DNA of 64,000 nt, from positions 8,896 through 72,895 of the IMG/VR virus record IMGVR_UViG_3300027833_000035. One strand, given 5' to 3'. Under the pieces are notes generated by a model. The model was not told where the DNA came from and ran no database searches. It saw nothing but the letters and a program-made list of their open reading frames with translations. Below are positions 18,114-27,923 of the stretch, one piece after another. The translations under genes were made by a program, and so were the position numbers. Within the stretch, counting starts at the first letter, position 1; the number at the start of each line of letters is the position of its first letter. Source of the stretch: a virus.

Positions 18114-18139
18114 TATTAGTATATTATGATTGGAACACA

Positions 18140-18604
18140 ATGCTGTTTGAAAACTTTGAAAACTTCCTATTAACAGAAGAATGTTTTAATAACCACGACG
18201 TATCGCATATAGATAACGACGGCAACCAGCATTACCTAGAACATTCAGAATATATTTCTTACCTCGGTCAGGTTACAATTTTACTAGCTAACAGAGCTAC
18301 TATTAAAGTTGAACAAGCCGAGAAACTATTTGACTATAACGATAGGACAATACATTTATTTTATAATGATGTAGACGGTCCATCGTTTAAAGAACATACA
18401 GATCCTGTCGATGTTTTAATAGAATGTTTGGATGGTATAAAGGTTTTGGAAGTAGAAGGTGCTACAGTTATTCTGCAGCCAAACCAAAGCGTTTTTATAC
18501 CTGCAGGAACAAAGCATAGAGCACTTAATAACAAAAAGGCATTAATGATTTCACATGGCATTCGCGACACCGAAACACTTACTCGTATACGTAAAAACGA
18601 CTGA
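18140..18604 (+). CDS. Cupin/JmjC-like putative 2OG-dependent hydroxylase
   Basis: SFKEHTDPVDV...G.K...LQPNQSVFIPAGTKHRA gives an HxD...H triad. ATG 18140 preferred because the track's TTG start is the -35 box. Confidence 0.7.
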   Translation: MLFENFENFLLTEECFNNHDVSHIDNDGNQHYLEHSEYISYLGQVTILLANRATIKVEQAEKLFDYNDRTIHLFYNDVDGPSFKEHTDPVDVLIECLDGIKVLEVEGATVILQPNQSVFIPAGTKHRALNNKKALMISHGIRDTETLTRIRKND

Positions 18605-19583
18605 AACCTGCAATCTAAATTGCGCACACTGCTTTACGTCTGGTATCAATGGTAGAAAAATCTACTTTGATGCTGAGAAGACTGCTAACTGGTGCAATGA
18701 ATTATGCGATGGTAATAACGAAATACATTTTGAATACCACGGTGGCGAACCTATATTAGCTCCTATGGCAGACTTGATGAAGTTCTATAATATTACTAAA
18801 GAACATTGGGGTGACCGATGTACGCATGGTATTACAACTAACTTAGTTTATAAACTTACTGACGAAAGACTTGAGTTTTTAAAAATGTTAGACGGTGGTT
18901 CTGTTGGTACATCTTGGGATCCAAACATTCGTTTCTCTAATGAAAAGCAACGTAAACTATGGGAAGATAACGTCAAACGTTTGGTTGACGAAGGCTGCTT
19001 TGTTAAATGCTTTATATCAGTTTCAAAAGATGTGGTTAAAATGGATCCCATTGAAATTGCTGATTATATGCATTCGCTTGGTGTCGGCGCTATTAATTAT
19101 GAACGATTAACACATGACGGTAATGCAACAATCAACACTGATATTTTTCCACACAACTCTGAGCTTGATGCTTTTTGGATGGATATGCATGAAAAGACTG
19201 CTGACCATCCCGTTTATAATAGTTTCCTTAACACTGTATACGATAAGTTTAGTAAAGGTCAATTCTTTAATGGTACTTTCTGCAGAGACTGCGAGCAAAA
19301 GTTACATACCATCAACGCTGATGGAACTGTAGCCGGCTGCCCTAACACTGCGCCAACACAATGGTATGGTACGATTGATACTCCTGCAAAAGAGGTGCGC
19401 CAATCACCAAAACGTATGGAAGTTATATCATGTGAAATGCATGAAAGAGATCCACGCTGTTATGATTGCCCTGTGTTTATATATTGCCATTCTGATTGTC
19501 ATCAACTTCAATGGATGGGAGACGTCTGTCCAGCTCCTAAAACATTAATGATGAAACTTGCGAAGGATAAAGGATGGATTTAA
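18555..19583 (+). CDS. Radical SAM/SPASM protein (rSAM-1)
   Basis: CNLNCAHC, HGGEP, ITTN; C-terminal CRDC...GCPN...CYDCPVFIYCHSDC...C. Confidence 0.93.
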   Translation: MAFATPKHLLVYVKTTETCNLNCAHCFTSGINGRKIYFDAEKTANWCNELCDGNNEIHFEYHGGEPILAPMADLMKFYNITKEHWGDRCTHGITTNLVYKLTDERLEFLKMLDGGSVGTSWDPNIRFSNEKQRKLWEDNVKRLVDEGCFVKCFISVSKDVVKMDPIEIADYMHSLGVGAINYERLTHDGNATINTDIFPHNSELDAFWMDMHEKTADHPVYNSFLNTVYDKFSKGQFFNGTFCRDCEQKLHTINADGTVAGCPNTAPTQWYGTIDTPAKEVRQSPKRMEVISCEMHERDPRCYDCPVFIYCHSDCHQLQWMGDVCPAPKTLMMKLAKDKGWI

Positions 19584-20614
19584 TTATTAAGCCAACCGAG
19601 GCCTGTAACTTTAAATGTACCTTTTGTTCATCAACTGATATTGATGCTGACAAAGCTGGCTTACTTGATTTAGAATATGTTTATAAATTTCTAAAACGTT
19701 ATCCTGACACCAATACTATTATTGTAAATGGTGGTGATCCATTAATGGTTGATCCAAAATGGTATTGGGATTTGATTGCTCACCTTGACGAACATGATTA
19801 CCCTGCATCAATTAGTTTTACATCAAACCTCTGGCCATTCCTTATTAGACCAGAGAAATGGTTACCTTTATTTCAACACGAAAGATTTGGATGTACTACC
19901 TCATTTCAATATGGTGGTGGAAGATTAAAGGGTGATTACTCTGAGTTTACTGAAAAGGATTTTTGGCGAGTATCAGATGCTATGTTAAAACATACTGGCT
20001 CTCGACCAGATTTTATTTCTGTAATCGTTGATGAAAACTTTGATGATGCTATTAAAAATGTAGAATTAGCGAAAGAGATGGGAGTCGAGTGCAAACTTAA
20101 TTATGCAATGGCTTCTGGTGTTCAAGGCTCTACATTTAGGCTAAGTAAGATATATGAAACCTATATAAAGATATATGATATGGGTTTAGCTGAATACGAA
20201 TATAATACTAAACAAATGATGATAAGGTTAAATAAAAATAGTTGGACTACTTGTCCACAGAATAGACAATGCGATAGTGGTATACGCGCATTTAACCCAG
20301 GTGGTGATTACTATTCATGTGGTTCGTTTGCTGACGATTATGATTACCCTATTGATTTTGAGGAAGAAATGAATGGTGAAATGCAGACACCATTGCAGAA
20401 TGATCCAAATATACAGACAATGAAATCAGCTTGCTATACTTGTCCGATGTTTGATATATGTAATGGTTGTAAAAAGACTGTGCGTGATATGAAACGCGAA
20501 GGTCAAGCTGAGGATCATTGTTATCATATGAAAAAACTAGCACCAAGAATACTTGAAATAAACGGCATGGACCCAGGATTGGCAACACCTTATGTTAATG
20601 AATCTATCAATTAA
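19574..20614 (+). CDS. Radical SAM/SPASM protein (rSAM-2)
   Basis: CNFKCTFC, NGGDP, FTSN; CP...C...GDYYSC...CYTCPMFDICNGC...C. Confidence 0.93.
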   Translation: MDLIIKPTEACNFKCTFCSSTDIDADKAGLLDLEYVYKFLKRYPDTNTIIVNGGDPLMVDPKWYWDLIAHLDEHDYPASISFTSNLWPFLIRPEKWLPLFQHERFGCTTSFQYGGGRLKGDYSEFTEKDFWRVSDAMLKHTGSRPDFISVIVDENFDDAIKNVELAKEMGVECKLNYAMASGVQGSTFRLSKIYETYIKIYDMGLAEYEYNTKQMMIRLNKNSWTTCPQNRQCDSGIRAFNPGGDYYSCGSFADDYDYPIDFEEEMNGEMQTPLQNDPNIQTMKSACYTCPMFDICNGCKKTVRDMKREGQAEDHCYHMKKLAPRILEINGMDPGLATPYVNESIN

Positions 20615-21506
20615 TCCAACATACTATTGTAACTTCGCTTGCGATTTCTGTTACTTAACAACAGAGCAGCTAAACGATAGACATAAAATTACTCCTTTAT
20701 GGTTAGAGAATAGCCTACAACAAATTACTGACGAGGTTGGTCATGTTGATTTATATGGTGGAGAAATTGGTTTACTATCACCGGAGTATTATTATTCATT
20801 AAAGAAAGTAATACGTAATCATTACAAAGGCCCAATTAATATTAATACTAACTTGTCGGCATTCCCTGACTTTTTTAGAGATGAGGATGTAACGTTATCA
20901 GTATCATATGATTTCCATGCCAGAGAAAAAGAGCAGCATGTTTTAAATAATATGATGAATGCCAACAAGGATTTATCTGTATTGATATTAGCCTCGCCAA
21001 AAGTGTTAGAGATGGATGTAGAGTTTATGATTTTTACACTTAATATGATTTCTAATGTTAAATCAGTTGAGATTAAACCATATTCAGTTAATCAGGCAAA
21101 CCAACATAATGTAACTCATAAAGACTTTGAGGATTTCGTTATTAGGTTTGATGAAGCAAACACTGTAAAGAATTTTAATTTTCAAAACATTGATAACATA
21201 TACGATAGCATAGAAGGCAAGTATGACGCATTTAGTAATGACCATGTTTATATAACACCGCGTGGGAAATTTGGCGTCTTGGAATTCGATAAATACGACA
21301 GAGAGTACTTTAAAGAATACGACACTTACCATGAATATCAAACATGGGCACGTGAAGAACCTGAAAACAATTTGAGCGATATATGTAACGTATGTTCTTA
21401 TTATGGGAAATGCTTAACAGAACATTATCGGTATGTACACGACTTAACCAATAGTTGTAATGGATATAAAGGGTTATTAGAATATTATGAAAGAATGGAA
21501 AGCTAG
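20598..21506 (+). CDS. Radical SAM protein with a C-terminal Cys cluster (rSAM-3)
   Basis: CNFACDFC, YGGE, INTN; CNVCSYYGKC...C. Start MNLSINP assumed. Confidence 0.9.
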   Translation: MNLSINPTYYCNFACDFCYLTTEQLNDRHKITPLWLENSLQQITDEVGHVDLYGGEIGLLSPEYYYSLKKVIRNHYKGPININTNLSAFPDFFRDEDVTLSVSYDFHAREKEQHVLNNMMNANKDLSVLILASPKVLEMDVEFMIFTLNMISNVKSVEIKPYSVNQANQHNVTHKDFEDFVIRFDEANTVKNFNFQNIDNIYDSIEGKYDAFSNDHVYITPRGKFGVLEFDKYDREYFKEYDTYHEYQTWAREEPENNLSDICNVCSYYGKCLTEHYRYVHDLTNSCNGYKGLLEYYERMES

Positions 21507-21885
21507 ACAAAGCGCGTATCATTTAACAGCATCTTTATTTAAAGACGATTTAACTGATGTAGAAATTAATTGGCAGCCAGATAATATCGTTGAGGATGCA
21601 CTAACGCATTTCAGACAATATGTTGACGAATGGGTCTACCCTGCAAAATCGTATGTAGTTGCTATATGTTATGCCCATTGGTTAAATAGAGATTTTAAAG
21701 AACCATTCTTTGATGCTCTTAATGACGAAGCCTTATTGTTTAATAATGATCCACACTTTGTTCCATATTGGGCAGACAAAGAAACATATGACGATATACT
21801 ATTTAAATTAGACTTTAACGAAAAACTTGGTATGGTACCTGACATATACGAATATTATAAAGAGGAAATGTTATTTGGACTTTGA
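21487..21885 (+). CDS. Hypothetical protein within the rSAM operon
   Basis: 132-aa acidic/aromatic ORF overlapping both neighbours. Confidence 0.75.
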   Translation: MKEWKARQSAYHLTASLFKDDLTDVEINWQPDNIVEDALTHFRQYVDEWVYPAKSYVVAICYAHWLNRDFKEPFFDALNDEALLFNNDPHFVPYWADKETYDDILFKLDFNEKLGMVPDIYEYYKEEMLFGL

Positions 21886-22951
21886 AATAACAAAAACACT
21901 ATTAGAATCTAAACGTCCGGATATAGCCGAGATTGAGTTGACTTTATTTGAAAACTGTCATCTTAATTGTTCGTTCTGTCATCACGATAAAAAATCTACC
22001 GTAGGTTTGAGTAGGGAAGAGATATTCTCTAAATTGGATTTAGTTGAACAACATGTCATTAAGATGAAAGGCAGAGTTGATATAATCCAAATCAATATGG
22101 TTGGCGGTGAGTTATTCCAAGATAGAATATCAGAATGGGCTTACCCTGTTTACTTTGATTTCCTTGTAGCAATCAAAAAGGTATTTGACGAACATAAGCA
22201 AAAGATTAAAGTTGTGTGGGTAACATCGTTTCAATTTAGCAAACGTGAAAGAGTACAGAAACTACTCGACGACCTAAACGCTGAAGCAATCCCTTCATAT
22301 ATTATATGTTCATATGACTTTGACGGGCGACCAACAAAAGGTCCATACGCTAAAAATATAGAATACTTTGCTGACTATATCGTATCAATTAATATGGTTG
22401 CTACTACTTTGTCAATCAAAAAGTTTATGGCAGACGATGATGAGTATTTCCATTACTTATATGAAAAGTTTGACGAATTCTATTTTGATGATTATATTCC
22501 AGATCGTGGATATGATTATATGATACCATCAGATAGTGAGTACCTCGAGTTTTTAAAATTCGTATACCATAACTATCCAGACATTAATCCTATTAAGGAT
22601 CTCATATATAACGAGAGTAATCACATGCATTGCTTGGCTCTTAATAAGGTTACGATATTCCCAGATAACTCTACATCAAATTGCCGCTGGGATAGATACG
22701 ATCAACGAGATTTTAATACAGAATACAAACCTAAAGATAACGCCGGAATGATGCAAGCATATATGGATGAAAACGGTTGTCTATCTTGTCAGTGGTATAA
22801 TAAGTGTGGATTTAGATGCTATACCCAATGGGATTGGAAAAACAGAGAACGCGATTTACCTGACTGCATAATGAGAATGTGGTTTAATTATATGGACAAA
22901 ACAGGTCAAAATTTGATAACAGGATTTAATTATGATAAAGAAAAAACTTAA
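21875..22951 (+). CDS. Radical SAM protein with SPASM-like C-terminus (rSAM-4)
   Basis: CHLNCSFC, VGGE; C...C...CLSCQWYNKCGFRC...C. TTG start at 21875 after a GAGG SD (track start 21827). Confidence 0.9.
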   Translation: MDFEITKTLLESKRPDIAEIELTLFENCHLNCSFCHHDKKSTVGLSREEIFSKLDLVEQHVIKMKGRVDIIQINMVGGELFQDRISEWAYPVYFDFLVAIKKVFDEHKQKIKVVWVTSFQFSKRERVQKLLDDLNAEAIPSYIICSYDFDGRPTKGPYAKNIEYFADYIVSINMVATTLSIKKFMADDDEYFHYLYEKFDEFYFDDYIPDRGYDYMIPSDSEYLEFLKFVYHNYPDINPIKDLIYNESNHMHCLALNKVTIFPDNSTSNCRWDRYDQRDFNTEYKPKDNAGMMQAYMDENGCLSCQWYNKCGFRCYTQWDWKNRERDLPDCIMRMWFNYMDKTGQNLITGFNYDKEKT

Positions 22952-23651
22952 ACTTGATTTTTATACATCACACAAAACGCTTATAGAATTACAACCAATT
23001 CAATCTAGAACTAAACCACCATCATGGTGGAAGTCTATTAAGAATTCGTATAGCCAATTTAGGTCTAGGGCTGGTACTAAAGTTCCAACTCCAACGGTTA
23101 AAACTTGTCCTGGGATTGTTGATTATATTCGCAAACCTATTGTTCTTAAACTATGGTCGGATGGTATTTTTAAAGTAAAACCAAACGGTGATGTTGAATG
23201 TATTGAACCCTTACAAGGATCTGGCATACTTGATGGATCTCAACATGAACGTAGACAATTTGGTGATACATTATATCCAAACTGTACTGTATTTAAACTA
23301 CATGGTCCATGGTCAGTTAAATCAAGTGAACGTAAAGAGTTTATGATTACTGAATGTCATTACACTGAAGATTTGCGTAAGCATGGTATTTTAATCTCAC
23401 CTGGGATTACAAACTTTTATGACCAACATACTTTAAACTGTTTTTTAGTATTTCCAATTAAAGACGAAGAATATACTGTAACGCTTAAATATGGTACACC
23501 TATTATGTCAATATATCCAATGCACGAAATGGAACTTGATATTAAAATGCATGAGGTAGCTACACGTCAGGAATGGCAAGAAATACAAAACGTATTCCCA
23601 TCAACCTTTATCGGTCGTTATCACTCCCGGAAACACACACGCGGTAAGTGA
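22932..23651 (+). CDS. Hypothetical phage protein
   Basis: PSWWK...TVKTCPGI.DY...KLHGPW...ISPGI...GTPI pattern; last gene of the plus-strand operon. Confidence 0.7.
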   Translation: MIKKKLKLDFYTSHKTLIELQPIQSRTKPPSWWKSIKNSYSQFRSRAGTKVPTPTVKTCPGIVDYIRKPIVLKLWSDGIFKVKPNGDVECIEPLQGSGILDGSQHERRQFGDTLYPNCTVFKLHGPWSVKSSERKEFMITECHYTEDLRKHGILISPGITNFYDQHTLNCFLVFPIKDEEYTVTLKYGTPIMSIYPMHEMELDIKMHEVATRQEWQEIQNVFPSTFIGRYHSRKHTRGK

Positions 23652-24629
23652 ATGGTGTTCCATATAACTTAGTACACCTTTATCAATACATGTCATTAAA
23701 TTTTTACAATTGGCACAGTTATCAGATTTACTTGAATAAGCCAACTGTGACATGAACTTATTGTCTTTTACCTGAGTCCACGACTCAATATCATTTTCAT
23801 CCTTGACTACAAAATTATCTGTACCAATTAAAGCTATATCATATACGAATGGTGTCCAAAAGAAACGTTCGTTACAATAAGTATAATTTAATTCTAAAGA
23901 ACCACCTTGCGCTTGGTCAATAAATGTTTTAGGCATAAGATCGTCAGCAAAGTCATAGTTCTTCCATTTTTCAATAAGATGTTTTTGAACTTTAGATTTT
24001 GGCGCTCGGAAAAACGATGGATTTAAAGTAAGAATAGAATCAAACTGTTCTTCAACGAGTTTTGACATTTCGAGTACCTTATGGTTCTCAACATCATCAT
24101 TACCCATATTATATACCATATAATAATTTAAATCATCTGTCAACCCGTTTAATATATCTAATTTATATTTAAGTACATTCCAATTAACAGGTGGCTGCAA
24201 CGCTATATTACAATCATACATAAATCCATCAGCTTTTGGAATACTATTTAATAACTCAATAACATTATAATCAATCTTTTCCAATGTTGTAACGAATTGA
24301 ATAGTAGTTACTTTACTTAAACACTCTCGGAATGTTTCATCTTTTAATAACTCTGTAATATTATTATTACCAAATAAATCAGTTGGACCAATATTAATGG
24401 TTGACACGCGGTACCCATTGGTATTAAATAAATCAATGGCATTATTTAATCTATCAAACGATCCCATATTTGAACCGAGTTTATTAACAAAACAACCTTT
24501 GCATTTAAACTCGCAGCCAGATAATACCTCACAATTAAACTGTACTTTGATTTCATGTCCTTCATTAAAGGATAAATCAAAATCCTTATCGGCTTGAGCA
24601 GCACGTTTATTATTAGTAACTATTCCCAT
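23601..24629 (-). CDS. Divergent radical SAM protein, GPTD paralogue group (rSAM-9)
   Basis: EVLSGCEFKCKGCF, IGPTDLF; CANCKNLMTC...C. Start MGIVT assumed. Confidence 0.82.
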   Translation of the reverse strand: MGIVTNNKRAAQADKDFDLSFNEGHEIKVQFNCEVLSGCEFKCKGCFVNKLGSNMGSFDRLNNAIDLFNTNGYRVSTINIGPTDLFGNNNITELLKDETFRECLSKVTTIQFVTTLEKIDYNVIELLNSIPKADGFMYDCNIALQPPVNWNVLKYKLDILNGLTDDLNYYMVYNMGNDDVENHKVLEMSKLVEEQFDSILTLNPSFFRAPKSKVQKHLIEKWKNYDFADDLMPKTFIDQAQGGSLELNYTYCNERFFWTPFVYDIALIGTDNFVVKDENDIESWTQVKDNKFMSQLAYSSKSDNCANCKNLMTCIDKGVLSYMEHHSLTACVFPGVITTDKG

Positions 24630-25767
24630 GGTAAACCTCATCATCATATAAACCAATTACATCTTTATTTAAAATACATTCTTTTCTTCCATCAAATACG
24701 GTATCCATAATCATTGGAACCATTCTATTCACGCATATATTTAAATACTTACAATCGCCGCATTCTTTGCTTCCACTATTTTCAATCTGTTTAACAACGA
24801 TTTCGTCTTTCTTTTTTAGAATATAATCAGTTATATCCGCGTCAGGCAGCATCAACCAACCATTATCAACTTTAAAATCATCTGTATGGATCTGAGCATT
24901 CTCATATATGAATGGAGACAAATACATATCACCGTGGTATATACTGACTACCGAATAATGAAATGCTTTATGTGATACATCACCTTGTAAGAAATGGAAT
25001 TTGTTTTTAAACTTATGTGGATCTGCAGCCAACCGAGTTAGCATATCGTTCCATTCAAATAGTTTATTTCCATGTTTTGCACTATGATTAAAAGAACGTA
25101 CTACTGATGGCAATACTTCAATAACAGTTTCATACCTACTCCTAACAAACTCAATGGCAGGGAATAGTATATCCTCTACACCTTGTACGATATTAGTAGC
25201 CATACTTATTTCAAAGTTTAAAGAACTATTCTTAAACGTTTCAACTCTTTCGTCGAGTGCATCTAAGTATACTTGATCGTTCATTAATCTATTTAAATCC
25301 AAAGCGATTTGTACATCCCATGCTTCAACGACCTTACCCAGCGGTGAGTTTTCAATAGATTTTATCTTACCCTCAATATCCTTTTCAGATAATGATCCAA
25401 GTATAGAACAGTTATGTTGGATATTTCTATTATCCTCAGGCATCATTAATATAGCATCAGCAAGCCTTTGATTATTAATAATCTCTTCTAAATTTTGAGC
25501 ACCATAAAAGTCAGTAGGTCCGATTACAATATCGTCCAATACAACATCAGTTCTATCTTTTAATTCATACGCCAAGGAATGAAACGTTGCGATTGAGTTT
25601 GGGTTCCAATTACCTTTACGTTTAACAAAACAACCCGGACACATATATGAACAGCCTTCAAGTATTTCAAGGTTGACTTGTATTTTATATTCTTTCATAT
25701 TGTCGATTGAAGTAAATTCCTCACCACGTCCACCGTCTACAATATTTTTCCAATCATTATTTAACAT
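24613..25767 (-). CDS. Divergent radical SAM protein, GPTD paralogue group (rSAM-8)
   Basis: EILEGCSYMCPGCF, IGPTDFY, YLSPFIYE; CGDCKYLNIC...C. Confidence 0.85.
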   Translation of the reverse strand: MLNNDWKNIVDGGRGEEFTSIDNMKEYKIQVNLEILEGCSYMCPGCFVKRKGNWNPNSIATFHSLAYELKDRTDVVLDDIVIGPTDFYGAQNLEEIINNQRLADAILMMPEDNRNIQHNCSILGSLSEKDIEGKIKSIENSPLGKVVEAWDVQIALDLNRLMNDQVYLDALDERVETFKNSSLNFEISMATNIVQGVEDILFPAIEFVRSRYETVIEVLPSVVRSFNHSAKHGNKLFEWNDMLTRLAADPHKFKNKFHFLQGDVSHKAFHYSVVSIYHGDMYLSPFIYENAQIHTDDFKVDNGWLMLPDADITDYILKKKDEIVVKQIENSGSKECGDCKYLNICVNRMVPMIMDTVFDGRKECILNKDVIGLYDDEVYHGNSY

Positions 25768-26914
25768 ATGATATATCCTTTAAACGTTTTAGTTCTGGGT
25801 CGTCGTCATCAGTAACCAAAAACTTTTTACGATAACCATTCTTATCGTTTTCAACTGAATAGCCATCCCATTCATACATTGTTTGAGCAGGACCATTATA
25901 GTTGTTTATATTATTTAGCATATTCTCTTTAGGAGCAATGCAGCGATCTACTCCGAGGTAATCCCTTAACATTATTATTTTTCTATTATAACAACTAAAG
26001 AACAACGGACAATCCTCACACTCAGTTCCTTTTGCTCTTTCAATTTGATGTTCAACCATTGGAACAACGTCATTAAAAGATTTTACTTTAAACATATCAT
26101 CGTATATAGCCATGTTCTCATACATGAATGGACTTAAATACCATTCACCACGTTTATAGTTTAACACAGTGTAATTAATACCTGCATGAGAATGGTCTAC
26201 CATAATATTGTTTAGCTTTGACTCTTGGTGCCATGTGCTAAAGTATTCATTAAACTCATCGAGTGTCTTTAAGATTATGTTTGCTTTATGAGAACGAGAT
26301 ACTGACGGAATAAAATCCAATATAGTATCAAAACGTTTTACTGCTTGATCGTGTAATGCTTCATAATCTAATCCATAATCTTTAATATTAACAACAAACG
26401 TATAAGTAACCTCATGCATAATATGTTTATCTATATAAGCTAACATATCTGATATATGTTTCGTGTATTCATCAGTAAAGAATTTATGTGGATTTGTAGC
26501 GATACCAATTTCTATTTCAGTATCGAGGTTAATGTTATCCATAAGAAAATTACAGAACTTTTTAATATCACCATCAATAAGAGTTGACACAAAAGCTAGG
26601 ATAGGAGAGTTTTCATTAATAATATCTACGAGTTCTGGCATTACTTCATAGAAATTTTCTGATGCCAAAAAGTCTGTTGGACCGATTAATATTTCATCAA
26701 CAAGTATTCCTTGGTCAGTAATCGAACGTATAAACTCTTTTGCCATAAATATTTGGCTTTTATCGCTAGCGTTCCCCCGTCTATGTACAAAGCACCCAGG
26801 GCACTTGTGGTGACAACCGTCTAGTATATCCATTTGAATTTTGACGGCACTGACGGGCTTAGTTTGGGTCTCTGTGGTCATCTCATAATAGAGATTATTT
26901 TTAATCAGAGGCAT
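25757..26914 (-). CDS. Divergent radical SAM protein, GPTD paralogue group (rSAM-7)
   Basis: DILDGCHHKCPGCF, IGPTDFL, YLSPFMYE; CEDCPLFFSC...C. Confidence 0.85.
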   Translation of the reverse strand: MPLIKNNLYYEMTTETQTKPVSAVKIQMDILDGCHHKCPGCFVHRRGNASDKSQIFMAKEFIRSITDQGILVDEILIGPTDFLASENFYEVMPELVDIINENSPILAFVSTLIDGDIKKFCNFLMDNINLDTEIEIGIATNPHKFFTDEYTKHISDMLAYIDKHIMHEVTYTFVVNIKDYGLDYEALHDQAVKRFDTILDFIPSVSRSHKANIILKTLDEFNEYFSTWHQESKLNNIMVDHSHAGINYTVLNYKRGEWYLSPFMYENMAIYDDMFKVKSFNDVVPMVEHQIERAKGTECEDCPLFFSCYNRKIIMLRDYLGVDRCIAPKENMLNNINNYNGPAQTMYEWDGYSVENDKNGYRKKFLVTDDDDPELKRLKDISYVK

Positions 26915-27923
26915 ACATATATTCCTTCAATGCGACGCAGTTATCTAATCCTCGCGACTCCATATATAAATGTATATTACGTTCAGCACAGCTCATCATA
27001 TATTTGCAGCCATTACAATCATCAACCTGTTGAGCATATTCAATATTATCATATAAAGTATTTGCATCCATCGTTGTTTCAAAATTTGGAGTTCTTTGAA
27101 TAATAACATCATATAAGAATGGATTTAAATATAGTTTATTATTATAAAAGCTATAGTTTTGGCAGCCATATCCATTAAACTTTGCATCAAAGAATGTATA
27201 AAGATTAAGCCATTTTTTATCAATGTTTTGCTCAACCATTTCGCGTCTAAAGTTTGCTAGGTGCTGTTCCACCTTACCGCGTGCATTCCTATCTGTTAGA
27301 AACGACGGCGTAATTATAACTGGTGCATTATAATCATCAAATATTCGTTGACATAAATCATTATAGCCGATACGTTTAAATACATCTTTATGGTAATTAA
27401 CTCTAAATTGAACTGAACCTAATTCAAACATTTTGAGTTTACGGTTCCAATCGTCTAGTTCTCCATCAAGGTACTTATCTATATCTAAAACGATTTTAAA
27501 ATCAATATCAGGTACTCTGTGAATGCCTTCGTATAAACTCCAAATCTTATCGAGCTTATCCTTTATTTCAGCATATGGTTGAAGTAACGTTGATGTAAAT
27601 CCAACTGCCGATATTTCATAAAGCTTTTTCATATATGGATGGTTCATAATCTCGTAGAAGTTCTCTGCGTCAAAAATGTCAGTAGGACCAACCGTTATTT
27701 CGTCAGGATAATAAGAACCATTAATTAAAAGATTATAAAGCGTTTCTAAATTATCAGCCTTAGTAAGGTTCTTACGTGGAATAAAACAACCTGGGCACGA
27801 CTGAGCGCAGCCATGTAATATGTCTAAGTTTATTTCAGTACGTAAAAAGTCTGTATTAATAGGGCTTTTATTTTCATCATACGTATAGTAACCTGCGTAT
27901 GTTTTATTCAGTTTCACTGTCAT
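26901..27923 (-). CDS. Divergent radical SAM protein, GPTD paralogue group (rSAM-6)
   Basis: DILHGCAQSCPGCF, VGPTDIF, YLNPFLYD; CNGCKYMMSC...C. Start MTVKL assumed. Confidence 0.85.
   Translation of the reverse strand: MTVKLNKTYAGYYTYDENKSPINTDFLRTEINLDILHGCAQSCPGCFIPRKNLTKADNLETLYNLLINGSYYPDEITVGPTDIFDAENFYEIMNHPYMKKLYEISAVGFTSTLLQPYAEIKDKLDKIWSLYEGIHRVPDIDFKIVLDIDKYLDGELDDWNRKLKMFELGSVQFRVNYHKDVFKRIGYNDLCQRIFDDYNAPVIITPSFLTDRNARGKVEQHLANFRREMVEQNIDKKWLNLYTFFDAKFNGYGCQNYSFYNNKLYLNPFLYDVIIQRTPNFETTMDANTLYDNIEYAQQVDDCNGCKYMMSCAERNIHLYMESRGLDNCVALKEYMYASD

Noticed and set aside
19480-19505. YCHSDCH in rSAM-1 resembling the precursor tail YCHSSCH
   Set aside because: It is part of the ordinary SPASM CxxCxxxxxCxxxC motif, so the resemblance is most likely coincidental.
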